Shown here one piece after another: positions 25,276-38,450 of a stretch of DNA of 64,000 nt. The notes beneath the pieces are model-generated. The model was not told the DNA's origin. It saw nothing but the letters and a program-made list of their open reading frames with translations, and searched no databases. The stretch's first letter is position 1. Every line of letters starts with the position of its first letter. The stretch spans positions 57,734,464 to 57,798,463 of the forward strand of contig NC_043011.1 of NCBI RefSeq assembly GCF_006345805.1, in the 5' to 3' direction. The DNA is from Octopus sinensis (taxonomy: Eukaryota). The translations under genes and the position numbers were made by a program.

Positions 25276-26274
25276 CACATCTTTTAGAAAAATGAATCGA
25301 TTAAAACTTTCAAAATCTGTGGAATTATGCCAATTTCAAGAATCATTTCTTGTCACGAACACTTTTACCTCTTCCTCTTCCATTCAGTGGAAAAAGAAAC
25401 GAGGTCGATATAATAAACTCGAACAAATAGACAACAACACGGTTGTGTTTTGTTTTGTTTGTTTGTTTTATTACAGCCATTCTGGCATTGGCGCCCTTGT
25501 TTTCTGAAGAGGGACAAGAGTCACAAATATGAAGCATTTTAACACTTCACTGTATCATAAGTAAATTTTAAACAGTTTTAAAATTCACTCCTGCAGAGTC
25601 TTTGAATTGCGGGTTTTATATTCGACAACTGAACATCCAATCGATACTCGTTGTCACAGCATTTTGTTTTAAAACGAAAACACGGAGAGAAAATAGGTTG
25701 CACAAAGCACGAAGTCCCTTGAGCTTAGGCTGGGAATTGGCAGATTTATTATACAACCCGCTGGCACTGTTCCTTCTGGCTCTCTACTCTTTGATTTCAA
25801 ATTACAGCGAGGTCATCTTCGATTTCCTTATTTTGGCGAATTTTTACTGTATTGGAGGAGTGACCTTATGGCATTTGCTTCGTTTTTATTTCGTTCTGTG
25901 TACAAATTCCACCTGATAGTATTTCGTCGCTAATATTCCAATGCTGGATCTGCTCTGTGTTAAATGCCAATACACTTTAGAATGTATAACAGACCGGTTC
26001 CGTTTTCATTAAAATTTTATAATGCTGAATTGCTACTTTGCTGCTCGAAGCAATATCAGAACCAAAGAAGCAGAAAGTGTTTCGTTAGATTTCAGGACTG
26101 AGATGAAAATCAAATAATGTGTGATTGCTCAAGCACAGTGACTAATAATTTGATGTATCGTAGAACGTACCTTCAAAGGAGCCTCTATATGGTCCCTTAA
26201 CCTCCTAGAAGTAGCAACCAAACTCCTTCATATTATGTACTGGTCTATTAAAAATGGGACCGTGATAATTAGCT

Positions 26275-26329
<55 letters not shown>

Positions 26330-26943
26330 ATATATAAAAGCAGGATATTCGGGGCTGGAACCACTTTTCATCATGTCTGCAAGATTAGTGCTCCTTTTTA
26401 GGTTAATGAAACGGTAGCAACTCGTGCTAAAAGCCTTACAGCAGTGTTTCCCCAGCGCATCTCATAAGAGATAGAGCGTTAGATCCACGAAAAACATTCT
26501 GAAAATTCCAAGTTAAAGTGTCTTTTGAAATAAACTTTGAGTCATATTGTCTTAATGTTTATTATCTAACACACCCACCGGTTCGACTTTCACTCATTTA
26601 TCATTTATATTTTTCTTCGAAAACTTTCGTTGCCATTTGCTGTTGCAAATGTCAATGGATGTTATAAAGATTAATTTCTTTAAAAAATGATTATTATGTC
26701 ATTTGTAAAACCATAAATTAAATTCTCACTTTTCTTAATTTAATTGCTCTCTACTTTCTTAAAAGCCACATTAAAGATAGGGTGAGTAGATATGGGTTCG
26801 TAAATATTCATAAAGGTTCCGCTAGTATTTTAGAAGTTGGGTAAAGGTTCAACGATAAAACAAGAATGAGAGCCACTACCGGAGAAAACATTTACAGAAC
26901 CATTATAAATACGCCTGTACATAAATGCATTGATAAGAAAATC

Positions 26944-27600
26944 TATTGTGTTGAGTCAAACGCTTTGCAATATCTCGAGAACTTATTTGTTTTATTCGCC
27001 TAGCATTCAAAGTATAGGCCATCGTTTTGCGCCGCCTGTTCCGCCAGTTCTTGATCCAACGTTGGTACCAGGTCTTGTACTTGGAGGCAAAAAACTCTTT
27101 CACTGAAGTTTCTACTTCTTGTCGTTGGTGAAGCGTCGCGAGCGAACGAAGTGAGCTATGGATCAGAACAGTTAATAACCGAGGAACAATTAATAACCAA
27201 AGATCCTAACTATTAATAACCATCTTGGTCTGGACTACATGTTGAATGTAGCATCAGTTCAGTTCCTTCAAATTCCTGGAGAATATTCCGGGTCGTTCGC
27301 GTGGAATGAAGTCTTGCCTTGTCTTGCTACCGAACAACTCGCTTTCTCTTAACCAATGCCGGCTATTTTTCCAGCACAATCGCATACAACTGTTCCAGTT
27401 GTTCGGAGTCTGTGTTGGCATCGATGGTTCGGCCGTCCCGTGAATTGTCCCCTCATAAGTCCACCAGACGCAGAACATCACCTCGTGTTTGAAACGCTTA
27501 TGTTAGGCGACTGGGTCCCGAAGCTGGCCCTTCCTGAGACACTGTTCTTGGACGTTAGAACTGGTGAGAAATATCTCCGTCGGATTATTACTCGTTCCAA
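26944..27600 (-). mobile_element. Mariner-like transposase remnant with 3' TIR
   Basis: Minus strand VMFCVWWTYEG... and KEFFASK...WYQRWIK; TIR-like TATTGTGTTGAGTCAAACGCTTTGCAATA at 26944-26972. Confidence 0.75.
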
Positions 27601-27836
27601 TCCATGGCTCACTTTCTGTTCTCACAACGCTTCATCAACCAAGAAGAGGCGGAGGCTTCAGTGAAGGAGTTCTTTGTTTCGAAGTTTTATCAGCGTGGAA
27701 TCAAAGGACTTGGCAGAAATGTGGCTTCAGATAGTGCAACACGATGGCCTCTACTTTGAATGCTAGGCTGTTTTTGTTGTAACTTGACGAACAAAGCAAA
27801 TAGGTTACCAAAATATTGCAAAACTTTTGACAATAT
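27600..27836 (+). mobile_element. Mariner-like 3' end in opposite orientation
   Basis: MAHFLFSQRFINQEEAEASVKEFFVSKFYQRGIK; ends in TATTGCAAAACTTTTGACAATA; homologous (inverted) to 26944-27170. Confidence 0.7.
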
Positions 27837-28589
27837 AAAACAGCTTGAGATAATTATCACAAGCTGTAAAGTAGCCGAATACAAGCGATTATTATTACAA
27901 CATGTAAATGGCTACTGAAACTAATTTTTCAGCCAATATAACCACAGAAATAATTACAGACACAGTTTAGATGTTCGACACACAATCTTTTATATTTACA
28001 TAAAACTGGACATTATTGTTATAGACATTTTAAACATAAAAAAAGAGTATACATACATACATATACGTCTATATATGTGTACATATATGTATGTATTCAC
28101 ATGTGTGTATATATATATATACATCAACACATATATGCTTGCATATATGTGTATATATATTTCTTTTCCTTTCTTACATACAATAACTATATTATGTACG
28201 CACACACGCACACATATATTTGCATGTATATATATGTATATATAATATATATTTGTTTTCCTTTCTGATATATATATATATCGAGCATAAAGAAAACCAT
28301 GATCTGCACACGGCTCCAATGCTGGGTAAGGAGTTCCGACACAACTGGAATATCTCCTGCAAAGAACTAATTAGAATATATCCGAAGAGGAATTGTCTTT
28401 TTGATACTACAAACAGAGTGTCTGCATTTAAGTGTAGAACTAAACAATGGTCACATATCCCATTCCTTTCCTATGGTATTAAAATAAATGTAAATAAATC
28501 TATGGTGTATTTGTCTAAGACTGGCTGTTCTTTGTTTCTTCATAACTGAAATGATTTCTTCAGCTAAAACAAATAACCACCCTCTAATT

Positions 28590-28770
28590 TAGTATAAGGC
28601 TTGCAGTTTTAAGAAGAGGATTTATATAGGCCCGAGAAGTTGACTGGTACTTTATTTCATGACGCTGAAAATATGAAAGGCAAAGTCGACTTCAATAGAT
28701 TTTGAACTGAGAACTTAACGAAGCGCAAAATAATTTCGCTTAGCATTTTATCCGGCTTGCTAACGAATCC
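28590..28770 (-). mobile_element. SINE family A (old copy)
   Basis: ATGAAAGGCAAAGTCGAC...TTTGAACTGAGAAC...GCATTTTATCCGGC. Confidence 0.65.
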
Positions 28771-29369
28771 GAAAACAGAGGATAAAGAGACGAATATCTG
28801 TTGAGTGATATGTGTGTGTATATGTCACAGATAGCGGACGTGTGTTTGTGTTGATTGACCCGCCATGATATTCATTATATGTGTGTGTATTCTGTGTGTG
28901 TATGGGTGTTGACCTCACAGAAGCCATGTATTTTTTTCGTCAAGAAATAACAAACAAAAATTGTGTTTAATCGTTTAAATAGACGTCCAAATGTCACAGA
29001 AATTTGTACTGAAATGCCGAAGATAAGTATAAAAATAAATATATAAGAAACATTATGATAAAATATACTATTTCTAAGATATTTCAGTTACACACAAACA
29101 TCCCTAGAGTTTTTGTATTATCAAAATGAGGTACTCAATATTTTTCAGCTAGAGTGTATTTGGGTCTCAAGAGGTGATAAAAACCTAGCAATATGTGTTT
29201 TATAGTGAAAACAAAATTTCCCTTCAAATAGCAATTACCAGACGATTTCCTGTTCGAGTTTAACCGTTTTAAGTCGTAGTGGAAGCGCGGCCTTTGTCGT
29301 AAATAAGCATACGAATATTGTATAAATTCTATAATTGAGAAATTTACTACATTTTATACATACGAGTAC

Positions 29370-29416
29370 ACCAGCCTGCGGGAACAATAAAATGGGTCCG
29401 CGGGGTCCGACCCCTG
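29370..29416. mobile_element. hAT-like TIR remnant
   Basis: Reverse complement begins CAGGGGTCGG, a typical hAT/Charlie terminus; the other end was not found. Confidence 0.35.
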
Positions 29417-30134
29417 TTCTAGAGTGACGAACCCTGAGAAATAATGTGAATTGCCGACGAGAAATCTACCTGGGTATATTTCTAAAATACATATGAAGGA
29501 AACAGACTGAAATATTCAGGAAACACTAAAGATTGCGTCCTGGTCGAATTTTGGCCAAGACAATAGAATCCAGAATCTACTACATACAATATTCTTGCCT
29601 GTTTTATATTTTGTAGCAGTGATACAAGATGGACCTACTCCCAACTCTCAGCCGCTTATCTTGACCTCACTTTCATGTTGATACTTTAACATTAAAAATA
29701 TTTACTACAGAATATTAGATGTACTATTCCGTACAAAGAGAAAGAGATTGCCTAAAATGAAAAACACTACTGCGTAAGATACAGCATTAAATGGAAAACT
29801 ACAATAATCCTTAGTGTTGACAACTAAAAACACAAGTTTTAGCATGCAAAGAGAACTGCTTCTGCCGTAAATAAAAAGTTGTACAGCTTACAATGAAGAA
29901 AATAATACACCTGAAGGAAAATACTGCTGTATGCAATTAAAATAGGACTGACGACAAGGAAAATCACTATTGCATACAAAGAAAAAAATTGCTACTGCCT
30001 GCAGTGAAGGTAAAAGAAAAGGAATAAAAGTGTATCGAGTTAAAAAGATAAATTACTGAACAAAATGGAAAATCCTATTGAACACAATAAGAAGAACGCC
30101 TGCGAACTTTGAGAAAATAATCCTTTCTTCTGGA

Positions 30135-30772
30135 GGAATAAGGCCTCAGATTTGTGGGGAGGGGACTGGCTGATCATATGGGACCCAGTGTTTCACTTGT
30201 GCTTAATTTATCGACCCCGAAAGGATGAAAGGCGAAGTCGAACTCGGCGGAATTTGAACCCCGGAACTTAGCGGATTTCGAAATACTGCTAAGCATTTCG
30301 CCCGGCGTGCTACCGATTCTTATTTCTTTATTAACCCACAAGGGGCTAAACACAGAGGGGACAAACAAGGACAGACAAAAATATTAAGTTGATTATATCG
30401 GCCCCAGCATGTAACTGGTACTTATTTAATAGACCCCGAAAGGATGAGAGGCAAAATCGACCTCGGCGGAATTTGAACCCCAGAACTTAGCGGATTTCGA
30501 AATACTGCTAAGCATTTCGCCCGGCGTGCTACCGATTCTTATTTCTTTACTACCCACAAGGGGTTAACTACAGAGGGGACAAACAAGGACACACAAACGG
30601 ATTAAGTCGATTACATCGACTCCAGTGCGTAACTGGTACTTATTTAATCGACCCCGAAAGGATGATAGGTAAAATCGACCTCGGCGGAATTTGAACCCCA
30701 GAACTTAGCGACTTTCGAAATACTGCTTAGCATTTCGCCCGGCGTGCTTACCGATTCTGCCAGCTTGCCGCC
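30135..30772 (-). mobile_element. SINE family A variant multimer (three ~220-bp units)
   Basis: Repeated GAACTTAGCGGATTTCGAAATACTGCTAAGCATTTCGCCCGGCGTGCTACCGATTCT, joined to TATTTCTTTA tails. Confidence 0.9.
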
Positions 30773-30864
30773 TTACTATGTGAAAAATAATACAAATAAA
30801 CACAAAGAAAATATGGCTCTTGAAAGATATCAACCAGTGAAGTATTGCTGGAGGTAGTCATCAT

Positions 30865-30953
30865 TTGATGATATTTTTTCCATCAGTGGTTCTTTGCCTC
30901 TCATGTATCATTATGTACGATAGTGTCTATCTATCTATCTATCTATCTATCTG

Positions 30954-31038
<85 letters not shown>

Positions 31039-31086
31039 TTATCCATCTAGCTGACTGTCTGTCTGTCTGTCTCTCTATCTATCTAC

Positions 31087-31118
<32 letters not shown>

Positions 31119-31119
31119 G

Positions 31120-31183
<64 letters not shown>

Positions 31184-31225
31184 GCTGACTGTCTGTCTGT
31201 CTATCTATCTAGATCTATCTATCTA
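30865..31225. repeat. (TCTA)n/(TCTG)n microsatellite
   Basis: Read directly. Confidence 0.95.
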
Positions 31226-31582
31226 TGTGTAAATATGTGTATGTAGTGGGAGAGGAAAAGGAAAAAGAGGGAGAGGGAGAATATATACATAGAAGAAGGA
31301 GACATGCAAAGACGAAGAACGAAGAATGGGGTTGAGGGTGGGGGTAAAACGTCAGGGAAATGACAATAGACAGACAGAGAGGAAGACACGAACTAAGTTG
31401 TTGCTTGAGTGCATATACATGCAGTTGTAAGACATGGTGTTTATGGTGTTGATTCAAATACTCGTACATTCGAGAAAGACATTCAAGAAAGATGGTTGCC
31501 CTGAAGCGAAGGGAAAATCAGAACAAATGACAAACACGTAAAAGTACACGAGCGACGATGAACGTAACGCATGCATGTTGTG

Positions 31583-32115
<533 letters not shown>

Positions 32116-32159
32116 TATATATATATATATATATATACATATATATATGTATATATATG

Positions 32160-32231
<72 letters not shown>

Positions 32232-32279
32232 TATACATATATATATATATACATACTCATATATGTGGTCGTTCTACTT

Positions 32280-32680
32280 CTTATGCGGAGTTTGACCACC
32301 TCCTGTACCTACAACTTTGAAGCATAATAGCATCTGATGTGGCTGTTAAAACCAGATAACATTTTGAAAAACTTGCAAATGGATTACATATCCGACTTGG
32401 ACCACCAAAAGCTGCAGTTAAGTTCTGATCTTTGTGGATCGTAAAATGTCTTTTGAGGCCTCCGATAGATGTAGCAGATCTTCTGGTATACATTGCATTG
32501 AAAGGTGTACACAGACATATAGGCAGAATATCTTGGTGGAGGTTCGTTTTCCTTGGGTTCGCAAATGAAATTTAAACCCAGCAAAAGAAAAGCATGGTCT
32601 GTCACAAAATAAATCGTGCACAGAAAAAGGTCATTGGCATTCAACTTCTTGGTCGTAACATTCTTCTACAAATTTCTCTT
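32280..32680 (-). mobile_element. Probable RTE-like LINE C-terminus with two decayed C2H2-like fingers
   Basis: Minus strand, across frameshifts: C..FCDRPCFSFAGFKFHLRTQ and CNVYQKIC..IGGLKRHFTIH. Confidence 0.45.
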
Positions 32681-32769
32681 GAGTATATATATATATACTA
32701 AGCTATTATAGGGAAACCATTAGTTAATGGAGAAGCATTTAAATTATACGTCCACACACACACACACAC

Positions 32770-32803
<34 letters not shown>

Positions 32804-32808
32804 CACAC

Positions 32809-32857
<49 letters not shown>

Positions 32858-33714
32858 TTATACTAGCTTCAAAGCCCGTACTATTGTGCCGACTTTTCTG
32901 CTGGTTCCTGCGGCTTGCTAACTGGACCCGTAGCCCAAAACTGAAGACGGTTATATAGCATGACTATAATACTTCAAGAAGGTCTATATGCCCCGGTGGT
33001 GTTTCCTCAGAGGTTAAGAACGAATAAGAATTAATTCTGTAATGCAATCATTCTATTGCTTCAGTCCCAAGTTCAATTCCACCTGTTGGCCAATTTGTCC
33101 CAAAGTTCTTATCTCGACGTAAGATTAAGGAAATGAATGTCGTGTATCTCCCTTTTGATCTCTGACGTCATCTGAAAAATGCCAACCAAGATGGCGTGAA
33201 TCAGACAAGCTTTAAGTATTTTCGTCGAATAATGCTTAAGAATGTGGGTAGACCACATTCCACGAAACAGTAGATACTTTTATGCGGGTGCTGAGGAAAC
33301 ATCGGATGGTAGACGGTCACAAGCGAACTTGTTTTTAGAAAATCTTTGTTTCGTATTTAAACATCAACGTCTTCAAAATGTATATCTAATATTAAGATAA
33401 ACTTCATTTTAGGCACAATCACAACAACAAGAACTAGAAAATAACTTAGAACGACATCAGCAGTAATAATAGATCTCGAAATATGAATAAACAAACTAAC
33501 AAAAGCTAATCTACATAAGCGCTGAATATAAATTATAGACGATAAACAAAGATATATTTTAAGAGAGACTGTCAAAATATGCGTGTATTTTAATACATGC
33601 AATAAAGGTGCCTGCTGCGCCTCTAGTGGGAGGTAACTTCCTGCTTTCTACGAGAAAATGTATGCATTTATTTATATGTATGTGATATTTATAAATATAA
33701 ATATATATATATAA

Positions 33715-34440
33715 TAATTATTAATTGAGGGAATAAAATCCAAACTTACAAGGAAAAAAATTCAATTTAGAAATACTAAATCAAAATTCACACAATATAA
33801 TATATATATAAACAATTAGAAAAAACCCCACCTTTTATCAATTCAAAATGAACAATTAAATTACACCATCTAAAAAATTACATATAATAGAAATATTAAG
33901 ATTAAAATAACAATAAAATGTCAATGATTAAGTAAATTGCAAAAAAATAATAAAAACGTATATAATTGGTAGAATAACGACACGTGTTTTGTGGCTATAT
34001 TTAAGAAATGCTTATAGTAGTAGTGAAATCACTTCTATATAAATATAGTCACTCATCAGGTTCAAAATAAACTAGAATAATAAAATAATTAATTAATAAA
34101 TATACTATATATATGAAAATACTAAATATACATAAGTCAAAACTAAAACAATACTTAAATTATTAAATACTTTAAAATTAAATGAAATACATAAAGCTAG
34201 TACAAGTCATTAAATTGTAATCAAAAAAAGAAATGGTTCAAATATCAGCAAACTCCTTAAATAAGCTAACTATATAATAAATATAAATGTGTAGTATCTA
34301 TAGATTTAACATAACAATCTATAACAAAGTTGACTAAATATCAAATAATATAATACCTAATTAACTTAAAATTTAATATTACATATAAATAAGGCACCTA
34401 ATAATTAAATAATATATTGTCTGACGAAATTAATTCTTAA
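33715..34440 (-). mobile_element. AT-rich Penelope-like terminal module containing a hammerhead fold, ending in (TA)n
   Basis: Contains the CTGATGA core on the minus strand (34053-34059) and ends GGATTTTATTCCCTCAATTAATAATTAT(TA)n. Confidence 0.5.
33975..34063 (-). ncRNA. Type I hammerhead-like motif with long stem II (G12A variant)
   Basis: AAC-CTGATGA-GTGACTATATTTA..TAAATATAGCCAC-AAA-ACACGTGT-C-GTT. Confidence 0.6.
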
Positions 34441-34569
34441 ATTACATTAAATGTAATACGTTAGATCACTTTATATTTATTTATATATATATATATTTAA
34501 AATTATATATATATATTAAAAAAAAATAAATAAAAAAGTTGAATTTTACGTTCAAATTTAAATTTTTGA

Positions 34570-34930
34570 TGAGACAAATTTTGTCTTTCATCCTTCTGGA
34601 GGTGATGAAATGAAATACCGGTTAAGAAATGGAATGAATTAAACCGATTTCTTCCTCTCCATATCTCCAAAATTTTGCCTCAATGTTAGGAACAATAATC
34701 ATCGATACACGGGGAACTTAATAATATAATGAATGCTAAGGCATCGATCTGGCAGAGTCGTTCCACACCGGATAAATTGCTTAGCTGCATTTCGTCCGTG
34801 CTTACGTTCTGAGTTGAATTTCCGCCGGGGTTGACCTTGCTTTCATCCTCTCTGACTCGGATTACTAGGGTCGATGTAATCGACTATTTCCTCTCAGGAC
34901 ATTGTTCGCCTAGTGCCAAAATTTGACATC
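34570..34930 (+). mobile_element. SINE family A, two degenerate pieces
   Basis: GTCTTTCATCCTTCTGG and GGCAGAGTCGTT...TTCTGAGTTG...TTTCATCCTC. Confidence 0.6.
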
Positions 34931-35161
34931 AATATTATTCTTATTGTGTGCTTCCATAGTTGCTTTACTTGATTTACTTTTAATTCGACAATTATTTATA
35001 TTCTAGGACTTAAATTACGGATTTTAATATGAAACTAGTATATGACAAAAAATACAACAGTAGATTGTAAATTAAGACAAAGTCAACAAATTATACCCGC
35101 GATGGTCTTTTTTTATTATCGTTGTACGTTCTTTCCAGCAATATTAGGTTTAGTTATTACA

Positions 35162-35238
35162 CATCTCTGACGAGTTGGCAGCTTGTGTTGCATTATGCAG
35201 GCAACAATCACTTGTGTTAATGAAACGCACGTAGGATG
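35162..35238 (+). ncRNA. Type I hammerhead-like motif with canonical core
   Basis: CATCT-CTGACGA-GTTGGCA..TGTTAAT-GAAAC-GCAC-GT-A-GGATG; stems I, II and III can all form. Confidence 0.6.
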
Positions 35239-36049
35239 ACGTAATGAAAAACCTCAAATGCAGCCTCTTTTCTTTTGTTTTCCTTTCTAAATATGCTCTG
35301 TGGAACACCCGAACAACACCGGATAAAGGTATCCTACACAAATTCACGTGAAATTCTTAATTCTGGTCATTTATCAAGCAACTTGAATCTGAAATTACAG
35401 TCTGCGAATACATAAATATAAATATTGTATTTTATATATTTAACATCTAAAATTTAAATCCAAATATGTTGAATAAACCTATAGAATCTTTTACACTTAC
35501 ATAGCGATTAATTCTTTACTACTTTGGCGACTATGATGATGATGGAGGTTATGCTTGGTTGCAGAGTTATTACATGTAGTGAACGGGAGAATGAAACTAT
35601 TAGCCTTTGACTAAAATTGTATTTTTTCTCCCCTTATCGGTTATTTATCTTGAATTGGCCATTTACTGGTCTATTACATTAAATATTTAACATTAACTTA
35701 ACTGTATTGCTTTTTTCGAGAATGGTTTTTCTGAGTAATTAAATTTTTAAACATTGCCATTTTCCGACGCAGTTAAACATACAAGCGTGTACATTTCCTT
35801 AATGATTCATTAAACACTACTGCAACAACTACGGTAGAGGTCATGCTTCACTGAAAAAGTCAAGACGATAGAGAAGCAGTTCGACAGTTGTCTGTCCCAG
35901 CCTAGCTTGCCAGGAAACCGAAATAACCGTGGCTATCCAGTAATATCGTTTTCTCTCTTTCATTGCATATCTATTTTGTCTTAGGGTTATAATGCTTTCT
36001 TCCTCCCTCTTTCTCTTTTCTCTCCCTCTCCTTGTTTCTCTTGATACGC

Positions 36050-36577
<528 letters not shown>

Positions 36578-36927
36578 ATAAAACTTACTTGTCCTGTTTG
36601 TGTTATCAATTTTGACCCTCCGCAAAATCCCAAATTTTATTTAATTTGCTTTGCGGGAGCAACTGTTTTTATCAAAAACGTATATTGTTGTTAAATGCTC
36701 GAAATACGAGAGTAGATAAACCGCCAACAACTGACGAAGGGTCGTTCTTTATGTTGTTTGTCTTTTTTTCCATTTGTGTCTTTCTTTGCTCGAAAAAAAT
36801 AGTTCATATTCCATGTACTCGTACTTCGTATTTTTTGTTGTACACATTTCGTGACGTCCTGTGCCCACATATGCATATATATATATATATATGTATGTAT
36901 ATATATATATGTATGTATATGCATATA

Positions 36928-36960
<33 letters not shown>

Positions 36961-36984
36961 TATATATATATATATATATATAAC

Positions 36985-37290
36985 GGGAAGCTTTATGAAA
37001 ATAGACAAAAGACGAAGGCAGGTGGAAAACAAACAAACAATTGTATTAGTATGGCGCTCAGGAAATATAAATAAAACAAGTCTTTAACGTTTCGAGCCTA
37101 CGCTCTTCAACAGAAAGATACACAGAGAGAAAAAAAACACAGAAAGAAGGAGAGAAAAAAATGCGTGCAGTAACTAACGAATCAACATGGCGATCTGATT
37201 TCGGCCAGAGGTCAAAGATCAAACATGAGACGCGAGAGCGAAATAAGGGGAGATAATAGGGTTGATAATATATGAGAAAATAAAAATACA
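36985..37290 (-). mobile_element. Penelope pLTR-like module with minimal hammerhead, 3' end abutting (TA)n
   Basis: Homologous to 39735-39875 (TTCCTGAGCG..ATACTAATAC..CCACCTG.CTTCGTCTTTTG). Confidence 0.7.
37081..37118 (-). ncRNA. Minimal type I hammerhead-like motif (A6U)
   Basis: TCTTT-CTGTTGA-A-GAGC-GTAG-GCTC-GAA-ACGT-T-AAAGA. Confidence 0.65.
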
Positions 37291-37524
37291 ACAAACGGGA
37301 CAGTTTATGCGAACAAGTTCAAGGTTGAAAGTTCAAGGTGAGAAATGTGTAGACGTCGTGGTATATTTTTTAAGGATTTCACATCAATGCAAAGTCACTT
37401 TGATCCGCGAAAGAGAGGTGCAGCCAATGGTAAGTATCCAAGAGGTAAAGAAAATCCAAGGTAGAGGTAAGTGTTGATAGTGGTATTGGTAGAATATAGG
37501 ATGAAAGTGAGACCACGTGAGCGC

Positions 37525-37610
37525 ATAATATATATATATTATATATATATATATAATATATATATGTATATATGTACATATATATCTCTATATATATATG
37601 TATATATATG

Positions 37611-37644
<34 letters not shown>

Positions 37645-37700
37645 ATATATGTATGTATATGCTATATATATGTATATGTATATGCATATATATATATATG

Positions 37701-37747
<47 letters not shown>

Positions 37748-37784
37748 GTATATGCATATATATATGTATGCATATACATATATG

Positions 37785-37816
<32 letters not shown>

Positions 37817-37822
37817 ATATAT

Positions 37823-37912
<90 letters not shown>
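37525..37912. repeat. (TA)n/(TATG)n tract
   Basis: Read directly. Confidence 0.95.
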
Positions 37913-37914
<2 letters not shown>

Positions 37915-37916
<2 letters not shown>

Positions 37917-38210
37917 GAGGCGCAATGGCCCAGTAGTTAGGGCAGCGAACTCGCGGTCGTAGGATCGCGGTTGTAGGATCACGTTGTGAGTGTTTATTGA
38001 GCGAAAACACCTAAAGCTCCACGAGACCCCGGTAGGGGGTGGTGGCAAACCCTGCTGTAGTCTTTCGCCACACCTTTCTCTCACTCTTTTTTCTGTTGGC
38101 CTGCTCCCTTAGCCAGCGGGGTGGCGTCATTTGAAGGCTGAAACAATGCGAAGCGCATTGTGACCAGCGATGTGTAGCAACATCTGATAGCCTGGTCGGT
38201 CACGGTGATC
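37915..38210 (+). mobile_element. SINE family B
   Basis: GTGGAGGCGCAATGGCCCAGTAGTTAGGGCAGCG head. Confidence 0.85.
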
Positions 38211-38213
38211 AAA

Positions 38214-38249
<36 letters not shown>

Positions 38250-38254
38250 CATAT

Positions 38255-38450
38255 AAACTTAGGCATCTGTGTTTGGTTAAGAAGTTCGCTTCCCGAGCAC
38301 GTGGTTTCAAGTTCAGCCCCTCTACATCGCAACTTGAAAAAGGAACATCTACGATAGCCAAGAGCCAATCAGGTTCTCGTAAGTGGAATCGATAGAGGGG
38401 AAATTGAAAGAAATCTGTTGTATCTACACACACACACGTATATACACAAG
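38255..38450 (+). mobile_element. SINE family C (diverged)
   Basis: GGCATCTGTGTTTGGTTAAGAAGTTCGCTTCCC...GGAAATTGAAAGAAATCTGTTG. Confidence 0.6.

Noticed and set aside
29395-29425. Hairpin + CTAG as a Helitron 3' end
   Set aside because: Better explained as a hAT-type TIR (CAGGGGTCGG on the minus strand); no TC 5' end found.
36730-36810. CTGACGAAGGG as a hammerhead core
   Set aside because: No matching stem II or GAAAC downstream.
37375-37431. Candidate exon before GTAAGT at ~37432
   Set aside because: Weak AAG acceptor, and it lies beside a minus-strand PLE-type module, so it is probably antisense repeat sequence.
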